Under the pieces are notes generated by a model that did not search any database, had not been told where the DNA came from, and was given only the letters and a program-made list of their open reading frames with translations. From NCBI RefSeq assembly GCF_964355755.1, contig NC_092674.1, positions 13,206,001 through 13,270,000 on the forward strand: a stretch of DNA of 64,000 nt. The letters are read 5' to 3'. Made by a program: the position numbers and the translations under genes. The stretch comes from Antedon mediterranea (lineage: Eukaryota; Animalia; Echinodermata). Positions 24,435 through 37,273 of the stretch are shown here, piece by piece (positions within the stretch are counted from its first letter, which is position 1; the number at the start of each line of letters is the position of its first letter).

Positions 24435-26759
24435 GATTGCTGTTAATATCTCCTACTTTGGCCTCTCTCTGAGTACTTCTGATTTTGGCGTTAATCATTA
24501 CATATCTTTTCTTGTATCTGGTGCTACCGAGATACCTGCCTATGCATTGAGTATTGTAGCTCTGGACTATTTTGGACGCAGACGATCTTTATCAGCAACA
24601 TTGTTACTCGGTGGCGTTGCTTGTTTACTAACTATTTTTATTCGTAAGTAAACAACAACACCAATAATGATAATAATGATAATAATAAAAGAATTTATAA
24701 TCCTTCATATTTCAAATCAAATGCTCATAGCTGCAGTACATACATGTTAAAAAATGATTAAAACAAGTTAAAATTCCATAAAGGTCTACGACAACTAGTG
24801 ATACTAAGGTAATTAAACTGTTTGTTTAAAGGATTTGGTATTTGCTTCCATAGTCAAATACAGAATTAGCTTTCGAAAGTATTACCTTTCGAATTCCAAC
24901 GTAAAAACTTACATGGACACCTTTCAGTAGTTTTAATATACTACATTATTATAAGAATGAGGACAGTAACATTTCAGCACATTAAGTCCTAATAGAAGTC
25001 TATGTAATTTAAACAAGTCATCAATAGATAATAATTCTAGCACTTTCAATCTATACAAATAAGATGTGTCACAGGAACCTTTCTAAACATCATTATTCTT
25101 GTTGCTTTCCTTTGTATACTTTCTATTCTATTAATTAACTTCTCAAATGGTGCCCACATTGACGATCTTGTACGTGGTATAGTAAACTTCTCCATAACAT
25201 TCTCCAGCTGTCCAAGTCTGATGGAACTCTAAACAGTATTGTATCATCTGATGATCTAAGTGAGAAAGCTGGTTGATACGATACAATATTCTACTCAAAT
25301 AATAATTTGGAGTAATATTCTGACGTGCTTTAAATGTGGTTATGAGTAATTCATACTTAATCCTGCGATGAACTGGCAGCTAATGAAGAAGATCTATGAA
25401 TTAAAAGTTCCTTTTAATTATTGGTGATTCGTACTAGAATCACCTATTGGTGACATCAGACATCACTGTGTTTTGTTTATACCAATAATTGACTTTGTAA
25501 TATATTTTTTATTTTGTTGAAAAGCAATGGGAATAGGACGACTGACAGTAGCGATGGTAGGAAAGTTTGGAGTAACCGCTGCATTCGGTATTATATTTTT
25601 CTATACTGCAGAGCTGTATCCAACTAACATACGGTTAGAAATATAATATTCTCCTATTTAGTGGTTATAGCTAGTCTAGTTAAATTGATAAAAGTTAAAT
25701 ACTGTGTTAAACGAGCAACTGTAATATTATAATAATTATAATTGTATATTCGACGTCCTGAGGTGGTGAGGACTTAAAGCACATCATCTTTTTACTCCCC
25801 TATTCACTATCATCAAACTCATACAGAATAAAACAATGATTCTCGCTGATGATTATTTTATTTTGACATTATAATCTCATTAGTTCTTTTTATTGTAATG
25901 TTGATGTGTTCTTTATCCATTCCATCTTCATTATGATGATGGCGTTATTGAATAAATGTATCTAGTTGTCAAACTAACCGACTGCTTTATTCATTTGGCA
26001 ATAGGTCAGTTGCTGTTGGTATTTGTTCAACATCTGGTCGGATTGGAGCCATCCTATCACCATATATCCTCCACCTGTCAAGGTATTGGGCACCACTTGC
26101 AATGTTAACATTCAGTGTATTAGCTATTTCATCTGGAGTACTTGTTTTACTTTTACCCGAAACTGCCAATAGAAAGTTACCAGATACAATGGATGAAGTC
26201 ACAGAACTTAAAATGTAAGGGTTTGTTTGCAAATGTTTCAAAATTTGCATTCAGAATGTACTAATAAACCGCAGTCATTGAACATAATGGGTTCAGTAAG
26301 ATTTCTAATCTATCAGGGCACGAATTATGATTATGTGTAATTTGTTGTTTTTTGTAATTATAAAGTTAATATTTGCATCATTTGTTGTCAGCGCTAGTAA
26401 GAGCATGTTGCTTTTGTTGGGTCTGTGTGTGTGTGGTTTATCTTCTTTCTAAGTTTACAGCATCGTTTCGACCAGGGAAGACGTGTAGACGTATGCCTAT
26501 GTTACAGGAATACGATCACTTTTGAATTTCATGGTCTAAACAAACATGTTAAAACGTAAAATAGCTATTTTATGTTAAACTAACCAGCCGTACCTTGGGT
26601 GTATTTGTATAAGTTCTTTCACTTTATTTTCTACACTATTCAATGTCCATTAATGATAATATTAACGTTTTATAATTTATTTTCAGATCTGTGACAAAAT
26701 TATCGTCAGCAGAATTAGGAGAAAAAGAAGCTATGACACAAACAACATTGATATCATGA
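24435..26759 (+). CDS. SLC22/organic cation transporter-like MFS protein, last four exons (5' exons not in window)
   Basis: Phase-compatible exons 24435-24643 (SYFGLSL...EIPAY...DYFGRR), 25525-25633 (GKFG...[11 protein letters not shown]), 26005-26214 ([10 protein letters not shown]...[16 protein letters not shown]), 26687-26759 (to TGA); no lesions seen. Confidence 0.92.
24655..25400 (-). mobile_element. L2-clade LINE 3' fragment in an SLC22 intron
   Basis: Minus strand [29 protein letters not shown] (compare LHWLP...RI.YK); (TTA/TCA)n tail at ~24655-24690. Confidence 0.6.
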
Positions 26760-26946
26760 GAAAGGTTACACCGACGTAACATGATAGACTTCGGTAAAAA
26801 CGTGAAAAACAGAAGTTCCCAAAAAATAAATAATCCTGTGGCTTGCTCATAAAAGCAATTGGGGTGATAAGGGTTATTAAATACTCAACGCTATTACACT
26901 GTGTTTTAATCAACATTATGATCTTGATTTGTATCAGTACTTCTAA

Positions 26947-28580
26947 GGGTCTGTTTCTGCTGCATAACGCAATTTAACCGGTTATTTTAAAATAGATTAA
27001 AAATAGATAACAATAACAAGACCGCGTTTCTGCTCAATTTGTGCTCCGAAATAACCGGTTAAATCTATGGGTGGTCGTCGAGCAAAACGTCATCATTACC
27101 CAAAATTCAATACACTCAGACGGAAGTAGAAGTTGGCTGTTTGTTTACATCGACGTCGTGAGTACACACGTGTGTATTATATCGCCGAACATCTCACTCA
27201 AACATGTTAAAAAAATAAAATGTTGTCTCCAGGTCTACAAGTTTTGTTTTTTGTAAAGCCTACTTACATCGCTAATAAAATTAATTCTCATGGCGCCTTC
27301 AATAACATGATGGGGAGGGTCGTGCAGCGCCCGATCGCCTAAACTAGGATAATTTTTATCCTCAACAAAGGCGATGACATACGGCCCTTCCCACGTGAAC
27401 GACTGTTGTCTTTCGCGAGCGCGGTCCTACAAAACACCAAACGGAAACAAAAACGAGACTCAGAATGTTGCAATACTTACCAAACGAGAGTAGATAATTG
27501 TTAATTAATTTTGAAAACCCAACTTTTATAGCAAAAATCGTCCGAATTTATGTTAAAAACGATGAGTTTAGCCACAAAAACTTAAATCAAACGAGAGTAT
27601 CCAAGTCATAGAATATCGCACGCATATAGTGCCTTTAATAAAATAATGAGTATTGAACATTATTTCGTATATTTATGTACTAACATAAATAATAACACAT
27701 TTCTATGCTTAATAAAATCATATTTAATATATTATCAAAGGCTCTGATTACCTTTGTTTTCGGTCGATGTGATGTTTTTCTAAAAAATTATATTATGTAA
27801 AACGATCAAAGTAAGAATGTTCATTGTTCTCCTATTAAAGGCACTAAGGGCATGCCATAAATACGCTCGTTTGGATTAAGTTTTTGTTGCTAAATTCATC
27901 GTTTATAACATAAATTCGGATGATTTTTGCTATAAAATTTGGGTTTTCATAATTAATTAACCATTATCTACTATCGTTTGGTAGGTATTTGCAACATTCT
28001 GAGTTCCTTTTGTTTCCGTTTTGGTGTTTATATAGGGGACCATCCATACCCTTCGCGAGCGTGTAGCCTACTAACGCCTCAAATTGCTTAGCTTGGGTAG
28101 TCCCCGGAACTCCACCCCAAACTCCTCTTTTACTTTCGCAAAAATGCTCTTATTTATTATCTGTGATTCTTTTCTATTCCCTGCCATCCTTCCCCGTACT
28201 TTCTCTCCCCCACGACTGAATAACATATCTTGTGATTTCATTCATCCACATACATGTTCACTTCTTCGTTCGACTGTCAAAACCACGAGGAAAACACACA
28301 TCGTATGCGACGGTATCTGACCCGGGGTCACAACTGTCAATCAAATAACCGTTATTTCGTGTTGCAGCTAAGAATTGCTCAGCGATAACCGGTTAAACGG
28401 CGTTCTAACACCGATTTAAATTGGTGTTTTTAACCGGTTATTTTGCGCTGCCTTTTAACCGGTTACCACAAATGTGTCCTGTTTCTGCTGCCAAGAAAAT
28501 GGAGTTAATTTATTCACACTGATTTTAATTTATTCACACCGATTTTAACCGGTTATTTTCTATGCAGCAGAAACAGGCCC
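26947..28580. mobile_element. PIF/Harbinger-like non-autonomous element
   Basis: TIRs gggtctgtttctgctgcata / tatgcagcagaaacaggccc; flanks TAA and TAG (imperfect 3-bp TSD); many TAACCGGTTA subterminal palindromes. Confidence 0.75.
27430..28040. repeat. ~210-bp inverted pair of Kolobok-like ends whose termini face the spacer
   Basis: ...tagtgcct|TTAA at 27634/27635 and TTAA|aggcacta... at 27838/27839; arms 27430-27634 and 27839-28040 are reverse complements. Confidence 0.7.
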
Positions 28581-28812
28581 TAGATTATCTATAGAATACT
28601 AGTATATCAACAAATTAGTGGAAGTCCTTATAATAGGTAACTAAACGCATTTCATCAACTACTAGTTGTATTTCACACTATTTAAATTTAGACTTGTGTT
28701 TAGCATTAAATTTCAAATTTATAAAAATGTAGGCCTACTTAGAGTATTTGAAAATATAATCAAATTAGCCAATTATTATGGAACGCCTCCTCTGCCTTCA
28801 GTTCACATTTAT

Positions 28813-29190
28813 CATGCTGTACACACCAATCATCATGCAGTACACACCAATCGTCATGCAGTACACACCAATGGTTATACAGTACACACCAATCGTCATG
28901 CAGTACACACCAATCGTCATGCAGTACACACCAAACATCATGCTGTACACACCAATCGTCATGCAGTACACACCAATCGTCATGCAGTACACACCAATCG
29001 TCATGCAGTACACACCAATGGTCATGCAGTACACACCAATTGTCATGCAGTACACACCAATCGTCGTTCACATTTATCATGCAGTACACACCAATCGTCA
29101 TGCAGTACACACCAATCGTCATGCAGTACACACCAAACATCATGCAGTACACACCAATTGTCATGCAGTACACATCAATCGTCATGCAGT
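28813..29190 (+). repeat. 21-bp minisatellite (cagtacacaccaatcgtcatg)n, left arm
   Basis: Direct tandem units; explains the repetitive ORFs in all frames. Confidence 0.95.
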
Positions 29191-29818
29191 CAAATACCGC
29201 CACCTATCGACAAAATCGAATATCACGTGATAGTAGGGCGGCCAATGTGAGCTTTTTCATCATGGGGGAATTTTCTGTTAATAGCAGGCAACCATGTGGA
29301 ATATATCCCTTATGGAATGACAAAAAAGATAGGGGTGGATGCCGCTCTCAAATTTCAGGTCAAATGTCATTTTCAAGGTTATAAGGTCAAATATGGTAAA
29401 ATAGAGGTTTAAGCTGTTTTCAACAACATATAAGCTAATTAAAAGAAATGTAACCATTATTGACATATTGCTGTAGATGGTGAAGTTCATCAATTTTTCA
29501 ACTTACAAGTTTAAAGGTCATTTTCAAGGTCATAAGGTCAAATAGAGCACAGACCTGTTAATTATCGATAGCCTGGGGCTGATGGTTATAGTGTGATGTC
29601 AAAAAGACCAGAATTGTACTGGGAAGATTTTAAACTTTTTGAGTCACTCCTGGAAGGTGTTCAAGGAATGGAGAGGATGAGTCCTAGAGTATCAAAATAA
29701 CCGAAATTGGAGGCCTACTGGAATGTCTTAAATTTCATTTAAAAACTGTCACAGAGGGTTTGTGGGTTGGGAGTAATGGGCGGCATGGGCACATGCCAAT
29801 ATTCGACATTTTTCGATA

Positions 29819-30449
29819 CGGGTTGGGTAGGTTTGGCCAGTATGCGTACCTTTTTATGGCTAGCGGGCGTCCCGGAAATTGCGCAATATGGCCAGCGGGC
29901 GTCCAATTATTGCGCAATATTTGTTCAATGGCAGCGTCCGCTCCGTGCGTGTGAAATACGTACAATGCGACACAGATGGCGCTATATACATAATTAATTT
30001 TATATATACAGAATTTGCAAGTAGGGCAAGGCTGAACTGAGGCCTCTAAAATCCAATCTATCTGTTCAGAGCAGGCTAGTAGCCTAAGTTAAACTGATTT
30101 AGTAAATTATACTACTGTATTTTAGGGCCTAATTAATAACAATTATTAATAGTTTTAACTATTATAATGTCAATCAAAAAATATTTTAAATGAAATTTCA
30201 CATTATTTAATATTTTTTTTCTGATAAATAATAATAGTACGTGGCCGGCCGGCATCTCGCGCGGAAAATGTAAATATAACGCCCTCTCTGTCGCATTGTA
30301 CGTATTTTTCACACGCATGGAGCGCGCGGACGCTGCCATTGAAAACATATTGCGCAATAATTGGACGCCCGATGGCCATATTGCGCAATATCCGGGACGC
30401 CCGCTGGCCATAAAAAGGTACGCATACTGGCCAAACCTACCCAACCCTG
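29819..30449. mobile_element. MITE with ~170-bp TIRs (hAT/P-like CAGGGTTGG end) nested in the Academ
   Basis: gggttgggtaggtttggccagtatgcgtacctttttatggc... is inverted at ~30280-30449 (...cctacccaaccctg). No TSD recognised. Confidence 0.75.
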
Positions 30450-31869
30450 TAGCATTTTTCTGCGATGGAAGGAGGTAACGCTTTGAGGTGGGTATTTCTT
30501 CAAGCACTGATATATAATGCCTACTGGCCATCTGGGTAACGGCAAATGATTGAATCACAACCACATATGCATGCTTTCTGTAACAACTTCATCTGGCTTT
30601 TTAGTTTACATACACATGTAACAAGTTCCAAACTGACAACTGGGTTAGGGGCTTCCAAACGAGCAGATTCATTTAGGTCACATACTGATCTCTGCCTGAT
30701 AGTTGGCTCGTATGTTTAAGTTCTATGATGTCTGTATTCACCATAGGCGAGTTTTTTTAATTTTAAGTGTTTCCCGAAGTAGAAATACAGGTACTTAAAT
30801 ATTTATTGAGTGAAGTGAAATACTTAATATTTAAGGGAAATATGGTGTTAATGGTATATAGTCACTGAGTCTAGATGGAGGTAGCACCAAAGAGTAGTCT
30901 GTTATTATACAGTTATCTGCTCAAGAGTACCATATGTTTGGCAAACTTTAGTGTACACTGTACGTGGAAAGTCTTAATCTTAATCAATTCCATTTACAAG
31001 GAGTGGATGCGTTACAAATGATTTCCAGTATGACCTCTTTCCATAACCAGCAAATAATGACGTTCTGCAACCTGTAATGGCATGGAAGCTGATTAGATTA
31101 TTCTTAATAGGTTTTCAACCACTTTATTGTTCACTATACTTCATCGTCCATACTTTTGAAGGCTACTGTTACAAAGTGCATATCATTAATTAACATCAAC
31201 TTTCATGTATAATTGCAAGCTCTTTGTTATTGACATAAAGAATGTCTAAAAACTTCGTGATAATTGTTCTCCTCCAAACCGATGAGTGTGGCCCCTTTCC
31301 AATGTAATGATCAAATACAACAAAATGACGAAATATCTAGGTAACTTGCATAAATACTTGCATAGTCACCAAATGTTTACAGCCATGTTTACTGCATCCT
31401 ATAGTGCATTTAAGTTTTTACTGTAAGTTTTCTTCTGGAACATCTGTGGGTATTTCAACGCCATCCATCAAGATATGTGAAGTCATATTTTGTTAAAGAT
31501 ATTAAAATTGGGCTATGATCATACTCCAATGGTTGATCAGCAGATTTTCTGTCAGTTTTTATATACTTTATCAAAACAGTTGCCTTATAGAAATCCGCAA
31601 AGGTTTAGAGCAATGCTTTCTCAGTGGCTCATGAAGTTCTACTGTTTTTTTTTCTTTCAATAAGTTGTTACTTTAAATATAAGATCTTCCTTATCTGTCA
31701 GTTCGAAAGAATATTGTGTATTGTGTGATTCGTGATCAGTCTGACCATGTCATGCAGAACCTATCAATGAATTACAGCGTTTCTTGTTATACCAATGATT
31801 CTATTTTGAATTGATCAATCATCCACTCAGTGTTTAGAATATTGGTTCTGATAGTTTAGATAGGTAAAT

Positions 31870-32310
31870 TTGTTTAGTACCATTTTAACCTCATTTCTAC
31901 AACGAATTCAATCGGTTTTTAAATGTGTTGGTGGTTTCAGAAATGACGACTTTGGTTGGCAAACTATTAAAATATATAATTACTAATTGTGAAAAAGTGG
32001 ATCTCCTATCAGTCCTTTGTGAAATTTAGGTTTAAAAAGTCTAAGCTGATGTCCTCGTGTATTTCTGCTTAGATTGCATCTCATTTGAAGGAAGTTTTCC
32101 TTGGCTACATCCTCGAAATCTTTTGGAAAATTTTCAATCAAGTCACCATGAATTCGTCTGTCATACAGGGTTGTTAGGCCAAGAAACTTTAAACGATCTT
32201 CATATGAATAAGAATGGATAGCTGGAATTTGATTTGTCGCATGACGTTGACCTCTTCAAGTGCGTTTATGTCTTTTTGGAGAAATGGATTTCATACCTCA
32301 TGGACACAGT
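31870..32310 (-). mobile_element. CR1-clade LINE 3' fragment
   Basis: Minus strand NPFLQKDINALEE/VQRHATNQIPAIHSYSYEDRLKFLGLTTLYDRRIHGDLIE. Confidence 0.75.
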
Positions 32311-33462
32311 AGAAGAAGAAGAAGAAGAAGTCTCCAATTACCACTCCTTCCAACCTTGATAAAGTCCAATAGTTAGGGTTTTTGAAAACAAAGACTCGAT
32401 ACCCAGGTTTCTCTTTCGAGATTTCAATAAAAACTTGTATCATTGAAATAATGAAAAAAATGTTTAAATAATTACATTATAGGGGGTCTCTGACCCAAAC
32501 AAAAACATCTCGACATTAGGTCATATTAGGTCTCTGTTTTAAAATTTTTCTAAAAACAAATTTCTAAATATTATTACATTATTATAGGTAATATTAATAA
32601 TTTTTATAAAAACAAATTTCTAAATATTACTGTATTACATTATTATAGGTAATATTAATAATATTATAGTAAAAGACCAATCTTTTGACACATATGACGT
32701 TTCATACATATAACGCTTGACCTATTTTTTCCGACAAAAATCAAAATGATGACTGGTGGACAACATGAAAAAGACAAATTTACAACAGATTGGGAAAAGC
32801 CTATTAAAAAACTGTGTGTACTTTACAGAAATATGTGAAAACAACATTTTGAGAAAATGACACTTTATATTTAATTTCCTATGTTTTTATGTGTAAAATT
32901 AAATGTTTATCTCATAATTATTATTGATCTTCAGATATACCTTTTTGGATAGATCTGATGATGTAAATGATTTTCCGTGAATAAAAAAAAATCCTATATT
33001 TTGACCTTGTTTGACCTCTTGACCACATAAACTGACCTTAAAACCCAAAACTGAAGATGGCATCCACCCCTATCGTTTTTGTCACCCCACAAAGGATACA
33101 TTCAACATGGTTGCCTGCTATTAACAAAAAATGCCCCCCAAACTTTTTATAGAGGACTTTTGTGTATTTGGCCTCTCTACTATGAGGTTTATTAGACGGC
33201 TGTAAAACTAAGACTATTTAAACTTCTTTTATGGAATTCAATAATTGCAATGGCCTCCTAGACGCGCCTGTGTCTCGCATAATAAATTATTGTATATATA
33301 AAAAACAGAGCATTCACAGAGATGTGTAGCGGTTAAAATAAGTACAGTATGTCAAACATAAAAGAAATCTTAGAGTCGATGGCCTAGTTTTACAGCCGTC
33401 TAATAAACGTCACGTGATATTCGATTTTGTCGATAGGTGGCGGTATAAATTACGCAATATTT

Positions 33463-33805
33463 CACTGCATGACGATTGGTGTGTACTGCATGACGATTGG
33501 TGTGTACTGCATGACAATTGGTGTGTACTGCATGACCATTGGTGTGTACTGCATGATGTTTGGTGTGTACTGCATGACGATTGGTGTGTACTGCATGATG
33601 TTTGGTGTGTACTGCATGACGATTGGTGTGTACTGCATGACGATTGGTGTGTACTACATGATGATTGGTGTGTACTGCATGACCATTGGTGTGTACTGCA
33701 TGATAAATGTGAACGACGATTGGTGTGTACTGCATGACCATTGGTGTGTACTGCATGACCATTGGTGTGTACTGCATGACGATTGATGTGTACTACATGA
33801 CCATT
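33463..33805 (-). repeat. 21-bp minisatellite, right arm (inverted relative to 28813-29190)
   Basis: (catgacgattggtgtgtactg)n. Confidence 0.95.
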
Positions 33806-34069
33806 GTGAACTGAAGGCAGAGGAGGCGTTCCATAAATTATTGCCTTGTTAACGATTTAATAATACACTGCATAATGGTTATTGATGTACATATCGTATA
33901 TTTTTATTTTAATGTATGGATGATCTGTTGAATTGTAAAATAATCTTAAAAATAAATGGGACCATTTTTATTAACAAAAAAAAGCCATAACATCAAAATA
34001 TCAAAAGAAACAAAACAAAACATAAATTTGTTTTTTTCTTATAATTTGCAACAGTGATAATTATACTAA

Positions 34070-36309
34070 CTAGATGGTACGCTCGCTTCGCTCGCATACC
34101 TGGTTCTAGAATACACAATAATTTCAGCGTAACAAAACTGGCGATTTCAAATGTACGTTCCGCAGGACTATAATACTATAATTGTCGTTTACAGAAACGA
34201 ATAAATAGACACGATGATTTATGTAGTCAACTAAAATTAGCACCCTGGGAATTACTTCCGAAGGAGAAACTTATCACAAAATGAGTCCACATTATTGATT
34301 TGGACTCATTTAAAGAAACCCAATTTGTGTTTTGTATGTAACATTAGGGTTGAGGGATGGGAAAGCTGATAGTGTACAAATAGGAACAATTTTTTAATAT
34401 ATTCTTTATCCACTCAGTAACGAAATATTTTTTTCATGTTTTATACGCCTATAAATAATATACCTCTAACTACAGTAAAACATTTGCGATTTAATACTTT
34501 GTTAAAACTGTCACTGTCATAATCGATTGAAATATTAAAGTACATGTCACGATACACCATAGACTTGCCCCAAGTCTGTAATGTTTTTTTTTTTATTCAT
34601 TTGTTTTTATTTCGACCGCGATTTTTGTCTGAAAATACAGACTTGTGAAACACGTATAGAAATCGATTTGCAGACCGCAAACATCCGATAAGAATGACGT
34701 AGGTTATCATACCGTATTTGGCTATATGGGGCGGGCGGTATGTAAATATGGATTTCGAATCAACCAATGATCATTTTGTTTCAAAATGAAAAAGATCGAG
34801 TAGGCCTGCGTACAGTGCTGAATGTACGATCGAGACGGGGATCGAGACTGTTAAAATATGAAATCGTGTTGCCAAGTTGTTTTGTTTATTAATTGTTTAG
34901 TCCTTAGCCTAGGCCTCCTTCGTAGGTCCTACTCAACTCGCACGTATGACCTGCCAAATAAAACGCCAATAAGGTAGGCCTACATAATACCACCACCGGC
35001 ACACAACAGGATTCACACACAACAGACAGGGCTATACACCACTACACAGAACAGGACAGGGTCTGGGTGGGAATTAAATCAAATTATCTCCGCGTAATAT
35101 TAAATCAGGGAGATGTAAATTACATCTCCCTGATTAAATGATCCATATAAAATCCTTTCTAGCCTTCAGAAACTTTCATCAATGTACTCACAAGTACACA
35201 TTGTCTAAACGTAACATAGCGCATGCGTACCATCTTAGTTGTTGAGTCTTTGAAATTCTGAAATATGAATATTAAAACAGTGTACGAGTGAGTAGCCAAT
35301 CGCATGCAGCTGAAACTAGTCAACCGGATAATCTATGCACCAAGAATTCTTGGTGTCAAACCACGTGACTTTTGCGTGTTTCCCCAGACGGAGTATCCAA
35401 ACTCAAGTAATACACGTATGAAACGCCATATGTGCAAAAATATTTATATTTTTACTAATACAGTATTAAGAAAAAACTCCGTCTGGAGCCCAGTCTAGAT
35501 ACACCACTACGACGTTTATATTGTTGGTAATTATTAATTAATACAAACGTTGAGAAGGAACTGTCAGTATAAAGTTTATGTGTATATAATAATGTGTTTA
35601 TATATCTAACAGTAGAGCCTATCCACAATCTCAGTAATAACGTTTATTTGTATATATTTTTATATTACACCTAACAGTACGAACATTCACAGTAAGAAAT
35701 GTTCGATTCAAATGAGGATCAAAAATAGTTAATAGGTATTTACAGTATTGCTAAAGTTTATTCTCAAAGGGCCCATATATTTACCTACCGTATGTATTAA
35801 ACCAAGGGCTCATAAATCTACCTACTTGTGTTAAACCAAACTCTGGCAGACTGAGAAATTGGGATGTTCCATTCATCGCAAATCAATACATTTGTATAAT
35901 CGTATATTAAATCTATCAAAATAGTATTTTTAAAGAAAATTTTCAAAATTATGATGCTGTACTCTAGCTGTTCAACCAGTTTTCAGCTATTGAAAACAAT
36001 TATCGTAGGAGGAGATAGGAAAATGCAAAGCCTCCTCGCATTTTTGTGGCGGGTATTTTTCAAGACGGACATCCATTAGACAGTGTATACCACGATTGGA
36101 AAACACCCCTATTTGGGGCAAATCGTTGAACCTAAATTCGTTTTAATCGTCAATAACTAATTATCTAACTCAATTTAAATAGCAAACAGGGTTACATCAG
36201 GTGGTTAAAGTACCGAAAGTACGAACCAACTTTATATACCATCGAGTAAACATTCTAGAAGTAACGCGCGATTTACCGAATTTTGCCCTTACGTAAATTT
36301 ATATATAGA
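34070..36309 (-). mobile_element. Non-autonomous Helitron, copy 2
   Basis: Plus strand a|CTAGatggtacgctcgcttcgctcgc ... cgtaaatttatatataGA|t: TC...CTAG on the minus strand, inserted in AT; colinear with copy 1 over ~1 kb. Confidence 0.85.
34560..35497. mobile_element. 938-bp non-autonomous DNA transposon with TAGACT ends and 9-bp TSD (possibly AcademH-type)
   Basis: TSD GATACACCA at 34551-34559 and 35498-35506; the empty site is visible in Helitron copies 1 and 3; ends tagact.../...agtcta. Confidence 0.85.
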
Positions 36310-37273
36310 TACTAATAAAGATTATGATGTACTGAAAAAAAAGGTTAGAGTGAATCCCACAAAAAAGAAACTAAAAAAAGTACAGCCAACAATTTCTTTT
36401 CTTTCAAAATACTTAAGACTTCAGATTTTATAATGCACGCTATTAACTCAACATGAAAAGCTTTTAAAACTTATTTGAATACATCATATAACACCACGTG
36501 TAGGCTCCTTATTTATTATATATATTTATTCTATACAAGTTATTTATTATTGTTTATTTAATTTTTAATCTTTAATCTTTCTTACTTCTGGTTAACAATA
36601 TTATGGTCCTGTTGAAAAACATAAACAAATCTTAACTACAAAATGTTAAGAATTTAATTTAATTCTATTGATTTCGTTCTATTGTTGACAAAATATACGT
36701 ATAATAAAATATATCTATTAATGTAAACGGATTGACTTGACCAATCACCTGGCGATTGAGTTACTCCTCATTAAACAGCCTGTAGTGCAGTGTTAAAAGT
36801 TCCAAGTTATAACTATGCGTCTATATAATAATATTATTGTAACATAAGCCTGTAAGCTTGTCTTCTCAGGATAGTCATAAGTAATTATAAATTCAATAAT
36901 CTGTAGTTTACATAACTATATTTGCAATATACACAAATAAAAGAGAGTCTAAAGGTTTATAACCGAATACAGACTTTGTTACATGTACAATTGTGAAAAA
37001 GGTTGTATTATTATATTGATGTGATGATGAGAATCCCAGCCGATTCTGAATGAATCGTGCAAGTACATTGTCGATGGGTATAGGGCGAGTATGATATATA
37101 CAATAACTTTGGTATTGTACCTGAGAATTATTGACCAGTGGTGATGTTCTTTATGATGCTGGTGGCGTATTTGACGATGCGACGATCTACCTGACTATGT
37201 TGCTGCCTGGTGAACCCACGCACGTTCCAGCCACGCTCCTGTATACCGACCAGTGGTGATTCCCACAAGGAAG

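Larger units (their letters stand above)
29231..33182 (-). mobile_element. AcademX-like DNA transposon relic
   Basis: ~170-bp imperfect TIRs starting TAGTAG (tagtagggcggccaa...ttaatagcaggcaaccatgt...gataggggtggatgcc); 3-bp TSD TGA (29228-29230, 33183-33185); decayed minus-strand coding remnants at ~30550-31700 (TFGDYA..Y..YL, VVFDHY, IRANYQAEI, LELVTCVCK...CICGC). Confidence 0.8.
28776..33836. mobile_element. Foldback element with long inverted arms containing a 21-bp minisatellite
   Basis: Outer ends ttatggaacgcctcctctgccttcagttcaca / tgtgaactgaaggcagaggaggcgttccataa; ATTA on both flanks (28772-28775, 33837-33840); inner arm sequence taccgccacctatcgacaaaatcgaatatcacgtga is mirrored at ~33410-33446. 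Confidence 0.85.

Noticed and set aside
19419-24643. Integrin-SLC22 fusion protein across the Helitron junction
   Set aside because: The last integrin exon ends in phase 0 and the SLC22 exon starts in phase 2; upstream integrin exons are already frameshifted.
28813-29190. CRISPR-like appearance of the regular repeats
   Set aside because: Head-to-tail units without unique spacers, no cas genes, eukaryotic context.
28666-29384. His/Cys-rich repetitive ORFs (HAVHTNR, MQYTPIV, DDWCVLH), also at 33400-33786
   Set aside because: Products of a stop-poor 21-bp minisatellite that is open in several frames on both strands; no splice or domain evidence.
34064-36315. Apparent 6-bp TSD (TACTAA) around Helitron copy 2
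   Set aside because: Copies 1 and 3 show no TSD; most simply an A|T insertion into a short tactaa-tactaa repeat.
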